A DNA stretch of 48,180 nt from Minisyncoccota bacterium. GTDB taxonomy: Bacteria; Patescibacteriota; Minisyncoccia; 2-02-FULL-40-12; GWA2-44-9. Location of the stretch: NCBI GenBank assembly GCA_030583765.1, contig CP129474.1, forward strand, positions 471,168 to 519,347, given 5' to 3'. Position numbers and translations under genes: made by a program. The notes under the pieces were generated by a model. The model made no database searches. It was not told the origin of the DNA and saw nothing but the letters and a program-made list of their open reading frames with translations. Below are positions 27,848 to 38,365 of the stretch, in pieces; the first letter of the stretch is position 1; the number at the start of each line of letters is the position of its first letter.

Positions 27848-28195
27848 ATGCAAGATATTTTTTGCTCCATTATCTCCGGAGACGTGCCAGGTGAATTCGT
27901 TTTTCGCGACGAAAAGGTTGTGGTATTTAAGGATATTCATCCACAAGCTCCTGTTCACTTGCTCGTAGTTCCCGTGCGCCACGTTGAGGGTATCGGAGAT
28001 GCGGATCAAGAGATGCTTGGTATTCTTATGAGTACGGCACATCGCGTGGCGCAAGAACAAGGATTGGTCGACGGCTATCGTCTTATTGTGAACGATGGCG
28101 AGCACGGTGGAAAGCTTGTACCACACCTACACATTCACGTACTTGGGGGCAAGCACCTAGGGCCTAAGATGGTCCGAGAGGGCGACGCGATATGA
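27848..28195 (+). CDS. HIT-family (histidine triad) protein
   Basis: HLHIHVLGG histidine triad. Confidence 0.88.
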   Translation: MQDIFCSIISGDVPGEFVFRDEKVVVFKDIHPQAPVHLLVVPVRHVEGIGDADQEMLGILMSTAHRVAQEQGLVDGYRLIVNDGEHGGKLVPHLHIHVLGGKHLGPKMVREGDAI

Positions 28196-28265
28196 TGCAA
28201 GCGAGGGGCCGTAGACGCGGCTCGTCGCTTGCGGCATATACCGCAGGCAAGAAAGGAGGTCTTCT

Positions 28266-28532
28266 ATGGTTGATGTAAAACGAAAACCAAATGAAAGCAC
28301 GGGCAGCCTTCTGCGCCGTTTCTCTCGTTTTGTGCAGGTAAGCGGCGTGGTATCGAAGGCAAAGCAGTCCCAATTCCGTCCTAAGAAGCAGAATTTGCGA
28401 CGCATGAAAAATAGCGCCATTATGGGCGTGCATTTAAGCGCGCTCCGAAAGCGTCTTGAAAAGATGGGCGTTTATTCCGATGAGCGTTTTGAAGAGGAGA
28501 AGCGTAAGCTGAAGCAGACAATCAAGTTGTAA
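28266..28532 (+). CDS. rpsU: 30S ribosomal protein S21
   Basis: ESTGSLLRRFSR... basic protein with the S21 pattern. SD ggaggt lies upstream. Confidence 0.8.
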   Translation: MVDVKRKPNESTGSLLRRFSRFVQVSGVVSKAKQSQFRPKKQNLRRMKNSAIMGVHLSALRKRLEKMGVYSDERFEEEKRKLKQTIKL

Positions 28533-28541
28533 TGAGTGCCA

Positions 28542-28573
28542 GGCGCGCCATCTGGCGCGCCGCGCGCTTTTTT
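28542..28573 (+). terminator. Rho-independent terminator after rpsU
   Basis: ggcgcgcc-atct-ggcgcgcc followed by gcgcgctttttt. Confidence 0.7.
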
Positions 28574-28579
28574 GAAGAT

Positions 28580-29077
28580 ATGAGCATCACCGAACAGGTG
28601 TTAAAAGATGAGCTGAAAGCTGCGATGAAGGCGGGCGATACTTTGCGTCGATCTGTTATTGGTCTCATCCTTTCTGTTGCAAAGAACCGTTCTCTGGAAA
28701 AGCGCATGAAGATGGTAAGGGGTGGTGCAACTACCGAAGCTGCCGATGCGGAGAGTGTGCTTTCTAGCGATGAGCTTATGGATGTCGTCGCAAGCGAGGC
28801 AAAAAAGCGTCGCGAATCTATCGCAACATATGAGCAGGCGAATCGTCCCGAGCTCGCGCAAGCCGAAAAAGACGAGCTTGGTGTTCTCCTTTCATTCTTG
28901 CCGGAACAAATGAGCGATGAGGAGCTCCGTTCTGTCGTCGCTGAGGTAGTGGCCGCTGCTGGTGCGGTTTCCGCAAGTGACCAGGGTAAAATCATCGGCC
29001 AGGTGGTCGCGCGCACAAAAGGCCGCGCAGACGGATCGCGGGTGAGTGCGTTCGTTCGCGAGGCGCTTTCGTCATAG
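28580..29077 (+). CDS. GatB/YqeY domain protein
   Basis: ITEQVLKDELKAAMKAGD...RPELAQAEKDELGVLLSFLPEQMSDEEL. The start is placed after the terminator at ATG 28580. Confidence 0.82.
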   Translation: MSITEQVLKDELKAAMKAGDTLRRSVIGLILSVAKNRSLEKRMKMVRGGATTEAADAESVLSSDELMDVVASEAKKRRESIATYEQANRPELAQAEKDELGVLLSFLPEQMSDEELRSVVAEVVAAAGAVSASDQGKIIGQVVARTKGRADGSRVSAFVREALSS

Positions 29078-29080
29078 CTC

Positions 29081-29527
29081 ATGCAGTCACGCATTGATCT
29101 TGTGTTTCGCAATGAGGCGCGTGTGAAAGGATTTCCATCCTCATTCTTTCAATCTCTTATCGCGCAGACTCTACACACTGCTGGTATTTCTGGTCAGCGT
29201 GGCATAAGTGTGAGTTTGGTGTCCGCAAGGCGTATGCGCACTCTGAATAAGGAGCACCGGGGAGTTGACACAACAACAGATGTCCTCTCATTTCCTCTAG
29301 GCGATGGGCCAGAAAATGCGTATACTACACCTGTACTTGGAGACCTCTTTATTTGTGTCTCTTATATTCGCATTGCCGCAAAAGCAAGGGGCGTTCCAGC
29401 AAAACGCATGTTGGCATGGGCAACTATACATGGGACGTTACATTTGCTGGGGTATGACCATGAGCGTTCGCGGCATGAGGCAGAGAAAATGGAGAGACTT
29501 GAAGAGCAAATCCTTGCTGCACTGTAA
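29081..29527 (+). CDS. ybeY: rRNA maturation endoribonuclease YbeY
   Basis: HGTLHLLGYDH zinc-binding motif. Confidence 0.9.
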   Translation: MQSRIDLVFRNEARVKGFPSSFFQSLIAQTLHTAGISGQRGISVSLVSARRMRTLNKEHRGVDTTTDVLSFPLGDGPENAYTTPVLGDLFICVSYIRIAAKARGVPAKRMLAWATIHGTLHLLGYDHERSRHEAEKMERLEEQILAAL

Positions 29528-30774
29528 TGACCAAGCAACCTATTATCACGGGCATTGATGTCGGAAACGCCAATATTAAGGTGGTGGTTGCGACAATTGA
29601 CGCTGAAACATTTCGTCCCGTGGTAATTGGCGCAGGGCTTGCTCCGTCGCATGGTATGCGTAAGGGTATGGTGACGGACATGGAGGAGATTATTCAAAGT
29701 GTTCGTGCTGCTGTGCAGCAAGCTCATGCAACGGCGCAGACCTCTATACGTCGAGCCTTTCTCTCGGTGAGTGGTATGCATATGCGCACGCAGATTTCCC
29801 GTGGCGTTATTGCCGTTTCGCGTGCCGATAATGAGATCTCTCAACACGATATTGATCGTGTCATTCAGGCTGCCTCGGTTATCAGTCTCCCGCCAAATCG
29901 AGAAATTGTGCATGTCATCCCTCGTACCTTTATCGTTGACGGCACTGAACATGTGAAGAATCCACTTGGTATGAAGGGCGTGCGCCTTGAGGCTGAGGTG
30001 TTGATTGTTGAGGGTATGGCGCCGCACATTCGTAACGTCGTGAAATGCATCAATGAGGCAGGTATTGAAGTTGCCGGTCTCGTGTATGCGCCTCTTGCCG
30101 CTTCTCTTGGCGCCCTTGATAAGAATCAAAAAGAATACGGTGTGGTGCACCTTGATATTGGAGGCGGGACATCGAGTCTTGCCGTGTTTGAGGAGTCTGA
30201 TCTTATCCATACAGCGCTTTTTCCTGTTGGTTCCCGACACATCACCAACGATGTTGCCATCGCGCTCCGCACTTCTATGGACGTCGCTGAGCGTATAAAG
30301 CTGGAGCATGGCTCAACATCTGATGCGATTGATCTGCGTAAGAAAGACGAAATTGACCTCTCGGTACTCATGCCGGACGAGCCTCGCACATTACCGCGTA
30401 AGCAGTTGGCGCGCGTCATTGACGCTCGAGCTCACGAGGTGCTCGATATGACCATTGCTGAGTTAAAAAAGATTTCTCGCGAAGGCAATCTCCCGGCCGG
30501 CGTTGTACTTACTGGGGGAGGCGTGCATCTTCCGGGATTCGCGGCGCTTGCGAAAGAGAAGCTGCGTCTCCCCGTGCGCATTGCCCACTCTCCTCACGTT
30601 GATGGAATGCCCGAAGTTATCGCCGACCCAACGTTTACGGTTGCTCTTGGTTTAGTTATGTGGGGTCTCGATATGGAATATGGTTCGGGTAAGACGCGTA
30701 TAAGCTCGGTGCACGGCGAAGGAGATGGGCTTTTAGGCCGTGCCGTTCGATGGATTAAAAACTTCCTGCCGTAA
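29527..30774 (+). CDS. ftsA: Cell division protein FtsA
   Basis: [14 protein letters not shown] and [13 protein letters not shown] actin-fold phosphate motifs. The start overlaps the ybeY stop by 1 nt. Confidence 0.9.
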   Translation: MTKQPIITGIDVGNANIKVVVATIDAETFRPVVIGAGLAPSHGMRKGMVTDMEEIIQSVRAAVQQAHATAQTSIRRAFLSVSGMHMRTQISRGVIAVSRADNEISQHDIDRVIQAASVISLPPNREIVHVIPRTFIVDGTEHVKNPLGMKGVRLEAEVLIVEGMAPHIRNVVKCINEAGIEVAGLVYAPLAASLGALDKNQKEYGVVHLDIGGGTSSLAVFEESDLIHTALFPVGSRHITNDVAIALRTSMDVAERIKLEHGSTSDAIDLRKKDEIDLSVLMPDEPRTLPRKQLARVIDARAHEVLDMTIAELKKISREGNLPAGVVLTGGGVHLPGFAALAKEKLRLPVRIAHSPHVDGMPEVIADPTFTVALGLVMWGLDMEYGSGKTRISSVHGEGDGLLGRAVRWIKNFLP

Positions 30775-30881
30775 TACATATCCCCGAGGTTATCCACAGT
30801 AAAAACGAGCTTCCTTGCGCCCGTTTTTCTTTTGTGATAAGACGCACCTACGCTTTTCAGGAGACTGTAGCGTTTCTGCAT

Positions 30882-32057
30882 ATGCCACAAGTGAAACCCC
30901 AATTTGAAACATTTGCCCGCATTAAAGTATGTGGTGTCGGGGGCTCGGGCGGTAATGCGCTTGCACGAATGATTGAAGCGCGTATTCATGGCGTTGAGTT
31001 TATCGCAATTAATACGGACGCACAGGCGCTCCACAACTCGAACGCTCCGGTGAAAATTCACATCGGGAAGAGCCTCACTAAGGGTCTTGGGGCTGGGATG
31101 AATCCAAACGTGGGCCGAGAAGCTGCAGAGCAAACTCGTGAGGATATTCTCACCGCATTAAAGGGGGCGGATATGGTATTTATCGCATGCGGCCTTGGGG
31201 GTGGTACAGGTTCCGGCGCATCACCCGTGATCGCTGACATGGCCCGTGAAGTTGGGGCACTTACGGTTGCCGTAGTGACAAAGCCTTTTAGCTTTGAGGG
31301 CGCTCAGCGCATGCGCATCGCCGAAGAGGCGCTACAAACGCTTCGCGAACGTGTTGATGCGATCATTGTCATCCCGAATGATCGACTCCTTTCTATTATC
31401 GATCGCAAAACTCCTCTTCTTGAATCTTTTGCCATTGTCGACGATGTGCTGCGACAGGGCGTGCAAGGTATTTCCGACCTCATCACTATTCCGGGTCTTA
31501 TCAATGTAGACTTTGCTGACGTGAAGGCGGTAATGTCAAGTTCTGGTTCCGCGCTCATGGGCATCGGTCGCGCGAGTGGAGAGGAACGTGCTCTTGAGGC
31601 GGCGCGGCAGGCGATTAATTCACCGCTGCTTGAGCTTTCTATTGATGGTGCGCGCGGCGTCCTCTTTAATGTGACGGGTGGGGATGATATGACGATGGCA
31701 GAAATTTCTGAGGCTGCACGCGTTATTACCGAGCACATTGATACCGATGCGAAAGTTATTTTTGGTGCCGTAGTAAGCGATAACCTCAAGAAGGGCGAGA
31801 TGAAGATCACGGTTGTTGCAACTGGCTTCGTGAACGGCGGGATTGGCCCCATGCCACAACGTCAGATGACCGGAGATGGACTCTTTGACATTCTCAAGAA
31901 GCCTGAACCTATTTCATCTCCATCCTCACAGGCGACGCTGAACGGCTCGGCACAGCAACCACAAAAGGATCCAGTCAAAGAATTTATTGATTCTTCAGTT
32001 GAGGATGATAGTCAATTCGACATTCCTGCTTTTATTCGACGTAAAATGCAAAAATAG
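30882..32057 (+). CDS. ftsZ: Cell division protein FtsZ
   Basis: GVGGSGGNA and [15 protein letters not shown] tubulin signature, with C-terminal DIPAFIRRK. Start at ATG 30882. Confidence 0.95.
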   Translation: MPQVKPQFETFARIKVCGVGGSGGNALARMIEARIHGVEFIAINTDAQALHNSNAPVKIHIGKSLTKGLGAGMNPNVGREAAEQTREDILTALKGADMVFIACGLGGGTGSGASPVIADMAREVGALTVAVVTKPFSFEGAQRMRIAEEALQTLRERVDAIIVIPNDRLLSIIDRKTPLLESFAIVDDVLRQGVQGISDLITIPGLINVDFADVKAVMSSSGSALMGIGRASGEERALEAARQAINSPLLELSIDGARGVLFNVTGGDDMTMAEISEAARVITEHIDTDAKVIFGAVVSDNLKKGEMKITVVATGFVNGGIGPMPQRQMTGDGLFDILKKPEPISSPSSQATLNGSAQQPQKDPVKEFIDSSVEDDSQFDIPAFIRRKMQK

Positions 32058-32086
32058 CTTGCGCATTTCAAGAAAGTGATACAAAA

Positions 32087-32119
32087 CATACCCCCACGAT
32101 GCGTGGGGGTATGTTTTTT
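32087..32119 (+). terminator. Rho-independent terminator after ftsZ
   Basis: catacccccacg-atg-cgtgggggtatg followed by tttttt. Confidence 0.8.
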
Positions 32120-32269
32120 CCTGTGTTTTAGCGCATGTACATTATCAACAGTGCAGAGGAGCTCGCACTATGGTTCAATAGTGTCAGGATTTGTTCTCGG
32201 GAGTTTCTATGTAGCGATGCTCGCACCGTGTTTGTGCGAGCGGTTACGTCATAGGCTCTCGTTCTGTCT

Positions 32270-35104
32270 ATGACTGCACCACACATACACTCCCCATTGC
32301 CATCGTCGGAACGGCAATCGGGCAATGGTCACGCTTCCGACGAAGCACGCGGTTCTGCTATGCCAGCGCAAACTTCAAGAGGGCTCTCGTGGGAGCGCCG
32401 TTTTGGCGTTGGCCACCCGTACGATGCCATCTCGTGGGAGCGCCGCACGGCAAAAATTACCAAAGGCGATGGAACGGTTGTGTTTGAGCAGCGTGATGTT
32501 GAAGTGCCGGCATTCTGGACACAAACAGCAACCGACATTGTTGCGTCTAAGTACTTCCGTGGCAAGAAAAATACCCCACAGCGTGAAGCGAGTGTAAAAC
32601 AGATGATTGATCGCGTTGCAAAAACCATTGGTGCGTGGGGTTTGCAGGGCGGTTACTTTGCCACGCCGCTTGATGCACAAAACTTTACCTTCGACCTCAC
32701 TTATTTACTGGTAAACCAGTACTTCTCTTTCAATAGTCCCGTATGGTTTAACGTCGGTGTTTCTGATCATCCCCAATGCTCCGCATGTTTTATCTTGGCA
32801 GTTGAAGACACAATGCCATCGATCCTTGAGTGGTATCGGGAAGAGGGACTGATCTTCAAGGGTGGTTCGGGATCGGGATTGAATCTCTCAAAGCTGCGCT
32901 CATCAAAAGAACAGCTTTCAAAGGGCGGTTATTCATCGGGGCCGGTTTCATTCATGAAGGGGGCTGACGGCGTTGCAAACACCATCAAGTCAGGCGGCGC
33001 GACGCGTCGTGCTGCAAAAATGGTGGTACTGAACGTTGACCACCCAGATCTCAAGGATTTTATCTACGCTAAGAAGCACATTGAGGACATGACGAGCGCC
33101 TTGGTGGCAAGCGGGTTCACGAACAATCTCGATGGCGATCTTTTTAGCCCGTACACGCTCTTGCCGTATCAAAATGCGAATAATTCCGTACGTGTTTCTG
33201 ACGCGTTTATGCAAGCAGTCGAGGCAGACGGTCCCTGGGAGTTTAAAGCGGTGACAACAGGGGAAACAATCGAACAAGTTCGTGCCCGCGAAGTTATGGA
33301 CTGGATTGCCGATGCGGCATGGCACAGCGCAGATCCGGGCATGCAGTATGACACCACTATTAATCGCTGGCACACCTGTCCGAATACAGGTCCTATCACT
33401 GCATCGAATCCGTGCAGCGAATATATGCACATCGATAACTCAGCATGCAATCTCGCGTCACTCAATCTCTTAAAATACGTGCGTGAAGATGGTGTGTTTG
33501 AGACTGACTTCTTCCGCAAATCTGTCGATACGATCATCCTGGCGCAGGAGATTATCGTTGGCTTCTCGTCATACCCGACGGAAAAGATTGGTCGCAATGC
33601 TGTTGACTATCGTCAGCTCGGGTTGGGGTATGCAAACCTCGGCGCCCTTCTCATGGTGCTTGGCCTGCCTTACGATTCCGATGAAGGCCGCGCTCTTGCG
33701 GGCCAAATTACATCTCTGATGTGTGGTGAGGCGTACCGCATGTCGGCAGATATAGCATCTCGCATGGGGCCATTTGCGGGATACGCAAAGAATCGCGAGC
33801 CTATGCTCCGTGTGCTAGATATGCACCGTGCTGCTGCGGAAGATCTCTATCGTGTTGCTCAGAACTCTGGAAAAACCGACACGGCACTCGCCCATGCGTC
33901 GCGTACTGTGTGGCATGAAGCGCGCGAGCTTGCTGAACAGTACGGAGTGCGCAACGCGCAAGTTACCGTTCTCGCACCAACAGGAACTATCGCGTTCATG
34001 ATGGATTGCGATACGACGGGCATTGAGCCAGATCTCGCACTTGTAAAATACAAGAAGCTTGTCGGTGGCGGCATACTCAAGCTCGTCAACGGTCAGGTGC
34101 CGGCGGCACTTGCTCGCCTCGGCTACAGCGACTCTGAGATTCAAGACATCACCGCGTACTTGATGGAAAAGGATACTATCGAAGGTGCGCCACACCTCCG
34201 TCCTGAGCACCTCGCCGTATTCGATTGCTCATTTAAAGCTCAGCATGGCACTCGTAGCATCAGCTATATGGGCCACCTGCGCATGATGTCAGCAGCACAG
34301 CCGTTTATTTCGGGCGCCATCTCAAAGACGGTCAACCTTCCCCATGATGCAACCGTAGCCGATGTGCGTGATGCGTATATTCAGGCGTGGAAGTTGGGCC
34401 TCAAAGCTATCGCGGTCTACCGTGATGGATCGAAAGGTGTTCAGCCACTCAATACGAGCAAGGAAGACAAGAAAGACCCGGCGGGTGATGTCATGGCAGC
34501 TGGGACATATCGTCGCGATCGACTTCCAAATGAGCGACCGTCAGTGACGCATCGCTTCTCAGTGGCGGGCCATGAAGGCTATTTGATCGTCGGCCTCTAT
34601 CCAGAGTCGCGAATGCCTGGCGAAGTATTCATCTCAATCGCAAAGGAGGGGAGTACCGTATCGGGGCTTCTTAACACAATCGCTATTCTCATTTCAGTCG
34701 CACTTCAGTCTGGAGTTCCGCTCGCATCACTTGTCCGTAAGTTCAAGGATATGGCATTCACCCCCGCTGGCTTTACAGAGAATCAAGATATTCCTACGGC
34801 AAAATCGATCACAGACTATGTGTTCCGATATTTAGGCCTGAAATTCCTGCCGCCAGAGGAGCGTGAGGCAATCTTTGGTCCTGGATTTGATCACGTTGCA
34901 CCTGTGAGCGCCCCGCTTGCAGAAGTAATGGAGAGCACTCAAGCGCCGCTGCCTATACCAACCGCTACTGAGCATGTCACTAATCGTGTCGCTGCTCAGA
35001 CGAGCGTTGATGCTCCCGTGTGCCAGTGCGGTACTCTTATGGTGCGGGCAGGCTCCTGCTACTCATGCCCCAACTGTTTTGCGACTACGGGGGTGTGTAA
35101 CTAG
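32270..35104 (+). CDS. nrdJ: Ribonucleotide reductase, class II (adenosylcobalamin-dependent)
   Basis: SNPCSEY, VLAPTGTI and ISKTVNLP motifs, plus a C-terminal CQCG...CYSCPNC zinc ribbon. The true start may be internal (M at about 32360). Confidence 0.9.
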   Translation: MTAPHIHSPLPSSERQSGNGHASDEARGSAMPAQTSRGLSWERRFGVGHPYDAISWERRTAKITKGDGTVVFEQRDVEVPAFWTQTATDIVASKYFRGKKNTPQREASVKQMIDRVAKTIGAWGLQGGYFATPLDAQNFTFDLTYLLVNQYFSFNSPVWFNVGVSDHPQCSACFILAVEDTMPSILEWYREEGLIFKGGSGSGLNLSKLRSSKEQLSKGGYSSGPVSFMKGADGVANTIKSGGATRRAAKMVVLNVDHPDLKDFIYAKKHIEDMTSALVASGFTNNLDGDLFSPYTLLPYQNANNSVRVSDAFMQAVEADGPWEFKAVTTGETIEQVRAREVMDWIADAAWHSADPGMQYDTTINRWHTCPNTGPITASNPCSEYMHIDNSACNLASLNLLKYVREDGVFETDFFRKSVDTIILAQEIIVGFSSYPTEKIGRNAVDYRQLGLGYANLGALLMVLGLPYDSDEGRALAGQITSLMCGEAYRMSADIASRMGPFAGYAKNREPMLRVLDMHRAAAEDLYRVAQNSGKTDTALAHASRTVWHEARELAEQYGVRNAQVTVLAPTGTIAFMMDCDTTGIEPDLALVKYKKLVGGGILKLVNGQVPAALARLGYSDSEIQDITAYLMEKDTIEGAPHLRPEHLAVFDCSFKAQHGTRSISYMGHLRMMSAAQPFISGAISKTVNLPHDATVADVRDAYIQAWKLGLKAIAVYRDGSKGVQPLNTSKEDKKDPAGDVMAAGTYRRDRLPNERPSVTHRFSVAGHEGYLIVGLYPESRMPGEVFISIAKEGSTVSGLLNTIAILISVALQSGVPLASLVRKFKDMAFTPAGFTENQDIPTAKSITDYVFRYLGLKFLPPEEREAIFGPGFDHVAPVSAPLAEVMESTQAPLPIPTATEHVTNRVAAQTSVDAPVCQCGTLMVRAGSCYSCPNCFATTGVCN

Positions 35105-35175
35105 TATCTGTAGGGTGGGCGAAAAGTGGGCGAAAGCCCGCTTTTCGATTTACCAAGGACGCGCTACACTGGTGC

Positions 35176-36720
35176 ATGCATTCTTCCGTCTGGCTGGCGT
35201 GGCTCGGCGTCAGCTTCCTAGCAGGTGTCGCATTGGTATCGTATATGCCTTGGGTTGTTGGTGCGTTGCTATGGGTTATCTTGCTGGGCACTGCGATTCT
35301 CTGTATCTCCGTGTGGCGTGGTACGTTTGGTGAGTCGCGGAGCGGCATACAAAAGCGTCTGCGGGGCGTCCTCATAGGCCTCTGCGTGTTGTCGTGCGCT
35401 TTCGGTATGTGGCGTTTTGATACCACCGCCACGCTTCGTTCTCGACTTACTGTTTTTGCTGATCGGCGCGCTGGCGATATTGCTGTACCCTTCTCGCTCC
35501 ATGGCTTCGTTGACGGAGCGTTTGTGACACGAGGAAACGACGGCACATTTTCGTTGTATGTTACTGCGGTGCAGGCTGGGGAGCGTCTCGTACCCATCGG
35601 TGAGCGTGTGCTTGTCGAAACAAGTGCACTACCCGTGCATGTGCCGGGTACTCGGATGCAGGTTGACGGAAGTATCGTGACGACCACCGATCGCGATGTG
35701 TGGTTGTTGCGCGATGGTATTCGGATGAAGGTGCGTGCGGCGGCGGTTCGCCCCTATGACCATACGCCGTATGAAATAGATGCGATACAAAATATTCGCA
35801 TGCATGCACTCGGAGGCGTCATGGGTGTCCGATCGCTGTTTGAACGCGCCATACGCGCGAGTGTCCATGAGCCCGCGAGCGCACTTATTGAAGGCGTGTT
35901 GCTCGGAACGCGTCAATTTCTGCCCGACGCTATCCGTGACGCATTCCGCGCTACAGGAATGACGCACATTCTTGCAGTGTCTGGATATAATATTTCCGTT
36001 GTTGGGGCGGGAGTGCTTGCGCTCTTGTTACGCTGGGTGCGAAGGCGTCGAGCTTTTTGGTTTACGCTTGCTGTACTCGTGCTCTTTACACTCATGACGG
36101 GCGCTTCTGCGTCAGTGGTTCGTGCGGCGATTATGGGCGGCCTCTTATTTTTCGCGCAAAGCTATGGGCGATTACCCTATCTTACCAATGCACTTATTCT
36201 GGCGGCATGTGCTATGGTATTCGTACAGCCATTTGTATTGCGCTATGACGTTGGGTTTCAGCTCTCATTTCTCGCGGTGGTAGGTTTGTCATGGGGCGCT
36301 CCCGTGTTGACGAAGATGTTTGAAAAGACGCGGATGCCGTCCGTCTTACGCGAACCTCTTGCGGCAACACTTGCCGCGCAGGCGGCCGTGCTCCCTCTTA
36401 TTCTCGTGGTCTTCGGATCGCTTTCTATCGCAGCGCCCCTCGCTAACATTCTGACGGTACCCATTGTGCCGTTCGTCATGGCAACAGGGTTTTTTGCTGG
36501 TGTTGGAGCTATGCTTATTCCTCCGCTCGCGCCATTACTGGGTCTCCCCGCGTGGCTGGGATCTTCGTATGTCCTTTGGATTGTTGAACACATTGCGCGC
36601 CTTCCAGGGGCATCTATAAGCGTATCCTTGCCGTGGTGGGGTGGTCTCCTTCTTGCGTGTGGTATATGGGGCGCGTGGAAGTATCTTTCTCGATCATATG
36701 CAACTGTGGCTTCGGCGTGA
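35176..36720 (+). CDS. comEC: ComEC/Rec2 competence channel, membrane (DUF4131 + competence) part
   Basis: THILAVSGYNISVVG motif and more than 8 TM segments. Confidence 0.85.
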   Translation: MHSSVWLAWLGVSFLAGVALVSYMPWVVGALLWVILLGTAILCISVWRGTFGESRSGIQKRLRGVLIGLCVLSCAFGMWRFDTTATLRSRLTVFADRRAGDIAVPFSLHGFVDGAFVTRGNDGTFSLYVTAVQAGERLVPIGERVLVETSALPVHVPGTRMQVDGSIVTTTDRDVWLLRDGIRMKVRAAAVRPYDHTPYEIDAIQNIRMHALGGVMGVRSLFERAIRASVHEPASALIEGVLLGTRQFLPDAIRDAFRATGMTHILAVSGYNISVVGAGVLALLLRWVRRRRAFWFTLAVLVLFTLMTGASASVVRAAIMGGLLFFAQSYGRLPYLTNALILAACAMVFVQPFVLRYDVGFQLSFLAVVGLSWGAPVLTKMFEKTRMPSVLREPLAATLAAQAAVLPLILVVFGSLSIAAPLANILTVPIVPFVMATGFFAGVGAMLIPPLAPLLGLPAWLGSSYVLWIVEHIARLPGASISVSLPWWGGLLLACGIWGAWKYLSRSYATVASA

Positions 36721-37567
36721 ATGGGCGCGTATCGCCCTCTTATTGGTGTTGGGCGTTCTCTGCGCGCTTGTTGCATACGCGCCCGACGCAGGCTCTGAGC
36801 GTCTTGTTGTATCGCTTCTTAATGTTGGGCAGGGGGAAGCGCTTTTTATACAGACGCCGCAAGGTCGGCAGATACTCATCGACGGCGGTCCAGATGCTTC
36901 GGTATTAGAAGAATTGGGATCAGTCATGCCCCTTGGAGACAGGACTATTGACCTTGTAGTGCTTACTCATGCGCACAGTGATCATGTTTCGGGCTTAGTA
37001 CATGTCTTAGAACGGTACAACGTTTCCGGTATTCTTGAGACGGGCGCTCCGTATACAACAGGAGTATATAGTGCGTGGCGAGAGGCAGTGGCGCGCGAAG
37101 GTGCAACAGCAGTTCAGGCGCTTCCAGGACGACGCATTGTACTTGATAGCGACACAACGCTTACCGTGTATGCGCCAAATCCTACACGTGCGGCGGCGGA
37201 AAAGAACCCAAACAATGCATCGGTGGTACTCATGCTGCAACATGGTGTGGTGCGGATGCTGCTGACAGGCGATATTGAGGCGCCAGTCGAACAGCGTCTA
37301 TTGGCGCAAGGTGCGGATCTAGCCGCAGACATCCTAAAGGTGGGGCACCAGGGTTCGCGCACATCGTCGACCTTACCTTTTGTCATGCGCGTTTCTCCGC
37401 GCGTTGGAATTATGAGCGTTGGAGCGGGTAATACGTACGGACATCCTCACCGAGTAGTTACTGAACGCCTTGCGAACCTTGGGATTCCATACTATCGTAC
37501 AGACGTACACGGACGAATAACCATTGAAAGCGACGGCACCGCATTCGCAGTCCGTCCGCAACACTAA
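36698..37567 (+). CDS. ComEC-type metallo-beta-lactamase domain protein (separate, overlapping ORF)
   Basis: N-terminal TM segment, then NVGQGEALFIQT, VLTHAHSDHVSGL and GHQGSRTSS. It overlaps the upstream ComEC ORF by 23 nt in another frame. Confidence 0.8.
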   Translation: MQLWLRREWARIALLLVLGVLCALVAYAPDAGSERLVVSLLNVGQGEALFIQTPQGRQILIDGGPDASVLEELGSVMPLGDRTIDLVVLTHAHSDHVSGLVHVLERYNVSGILETGAPYTTGVYSAWREAVAREGATAVQALPGRRIVLDSDTTLTVYAPNPTRAAAEKNPNNASVVLMLQHGVVRMLLTGDIEAPVEQRLLAQGADLAADILKVGHQGSRTSSTLPFVMRVSPRVGIMSVGAGNTYGHPHRVVTERLANLGIPYYRTDVHGRITIESDGTAFAVRPQH

Positions 37568-37572
37568 CACGC

Positions 37573-38088
37573 ATGCATACCGAAAACGGATTAGAACGAA
37601 CGCTGGTTCTGTTAAAGCCCGATGCCATTGATCGCGGCATCGTAGGAGAGGTGATGACGCGCTTTGAGCGCGTGGGCCTTAAAATGGTGGGTCTCAAAAT
37701 GCTTGTGTCGGAAAAAGACACCGCAGAGAAACACTACACTGAAGATCTTGCGCGGCGCCGTGGAGAGGCGATTCGTAATCTCATGATCAGCATGCTCACA
37801 TCGGGGCCGATTATCGCGCTTGCTCTTGAGGGTGTCGATGCCGTTGAGGTGGTGCGCAAAATGATCGGCGCCACAGAGCCAAAAGCTGCGGCTCCTGGAA
37901 CGATTCGCGGCGACTACACGCATGTGAGCTACCGGTATGCCGATGCAAAAGGCATGGGTATATTTAACCTTATCCACGCGTCAGACTCTTCAGAGAACGC
38001 ACAAGCTGAATTAAGCGTGTGGTTTAAGCCAGAAGAGCTCGTATCCCACAAGCCGGGATATACGAAAATGACCTTGCGCGAGGACTAG
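37573..38088 (+). CDS. ndk: Nucleoside diphosphate kinase
   Basis: ERTLVLLKPDA, GTIRGDY and NLIHASDS (catalytic His) motifs. Confidence 0.92.
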   Translation: MHTENGLERTLVLLKPDAIDRGIVGEVMTRFERVGLKMVGLKMLVSEKDTAEKHYTEDLARRRGEAIRNLMISMLTSGPIIALALEGVDAVEVVRKMIGATEPKAAAPGTIRGDYTHVSYRYADAKGMGIFNLIHASDSSENAQAELSVWFKPEELVSHKPGYTKMTLRED

Positions 38089-38116
38089 TTGCGCAGGTTG
38101 TTTGGGAGAGTATACT
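38089..38116 (+). promoter_or_regulatory. Candidate promoter of a structured RNA
   Basis: TTGCGC, a 16-nt spacer, then TATACT. This is the same -35 hexamer as the tRNA-cluster promoter. Confidence 0.5.
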
Positions 38117-38122
38117 GAGGGT

Positions 38123-38325
38123 ACCCTTTCGGGATTTGTAAAAGCCTTACCGTATTTAATGCACAGGGAGTCTTATCCGGGCTTCGGCCCAATCCGAGAG
38201 TGCCGGTGAGCGAGCAATCGTTCCGACGTCCTCTCATGCGGACACCCACCAAAGCCTTAAGGTAAAGCGCTTTTACAGATTGCGGGAGGGCCAGAACGTC
38301 ACCCATAAGGGTGGCGTTGTGTTTT
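38123..38325 (+). ncRNA. Candidate structured ncRNA or leader (~200 nt), class unassigned (6S-like shape)
   Basis: No credible ORF. A long closing helix pairs 38124-38151 with 38261-38290. Internal GGGC-UUCG-GCCC hairpin. Apical helix gtgccggtgag/ctcatgcggacac. 3' terminator cgtcaccc-ataa-gggtggcg followed by ttgtgtttt. Confidence 0.45.
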
Positions 38326-38365
38326 AGAGGATAAGTTGGTAGTGTGCCATGCAAGGAGGCAGGAA

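Noticed and set aside
29362-30309. 315-aa minus-strand ORF
   Set aside because: It is antisense to ybeY and ftsA and has no recognisable features.
32120-32269. Cobalamin riboswitch or NrdR boxes upstream of class II RNR
   Set aside because: There is no B12-box-like sequence. I found only one imperfect palindrome (CACTAT-ggttca-ATAGTG, 32166-32183), with the wrong spacing for the 16-bp NrdR box and no second box.
38123-38325. SRP RNA, RNase P RNA, tmRNA or T-box identity for the structured RNA
   Set aside because: I could not find the GGAAGCAGC/GNRA domain IV signature, the GGAAAGUCC P4 motif, a tRNA-like 3' end or a convincing T-box (only a weak AGGGTGG resemblance). I left it unclassified.
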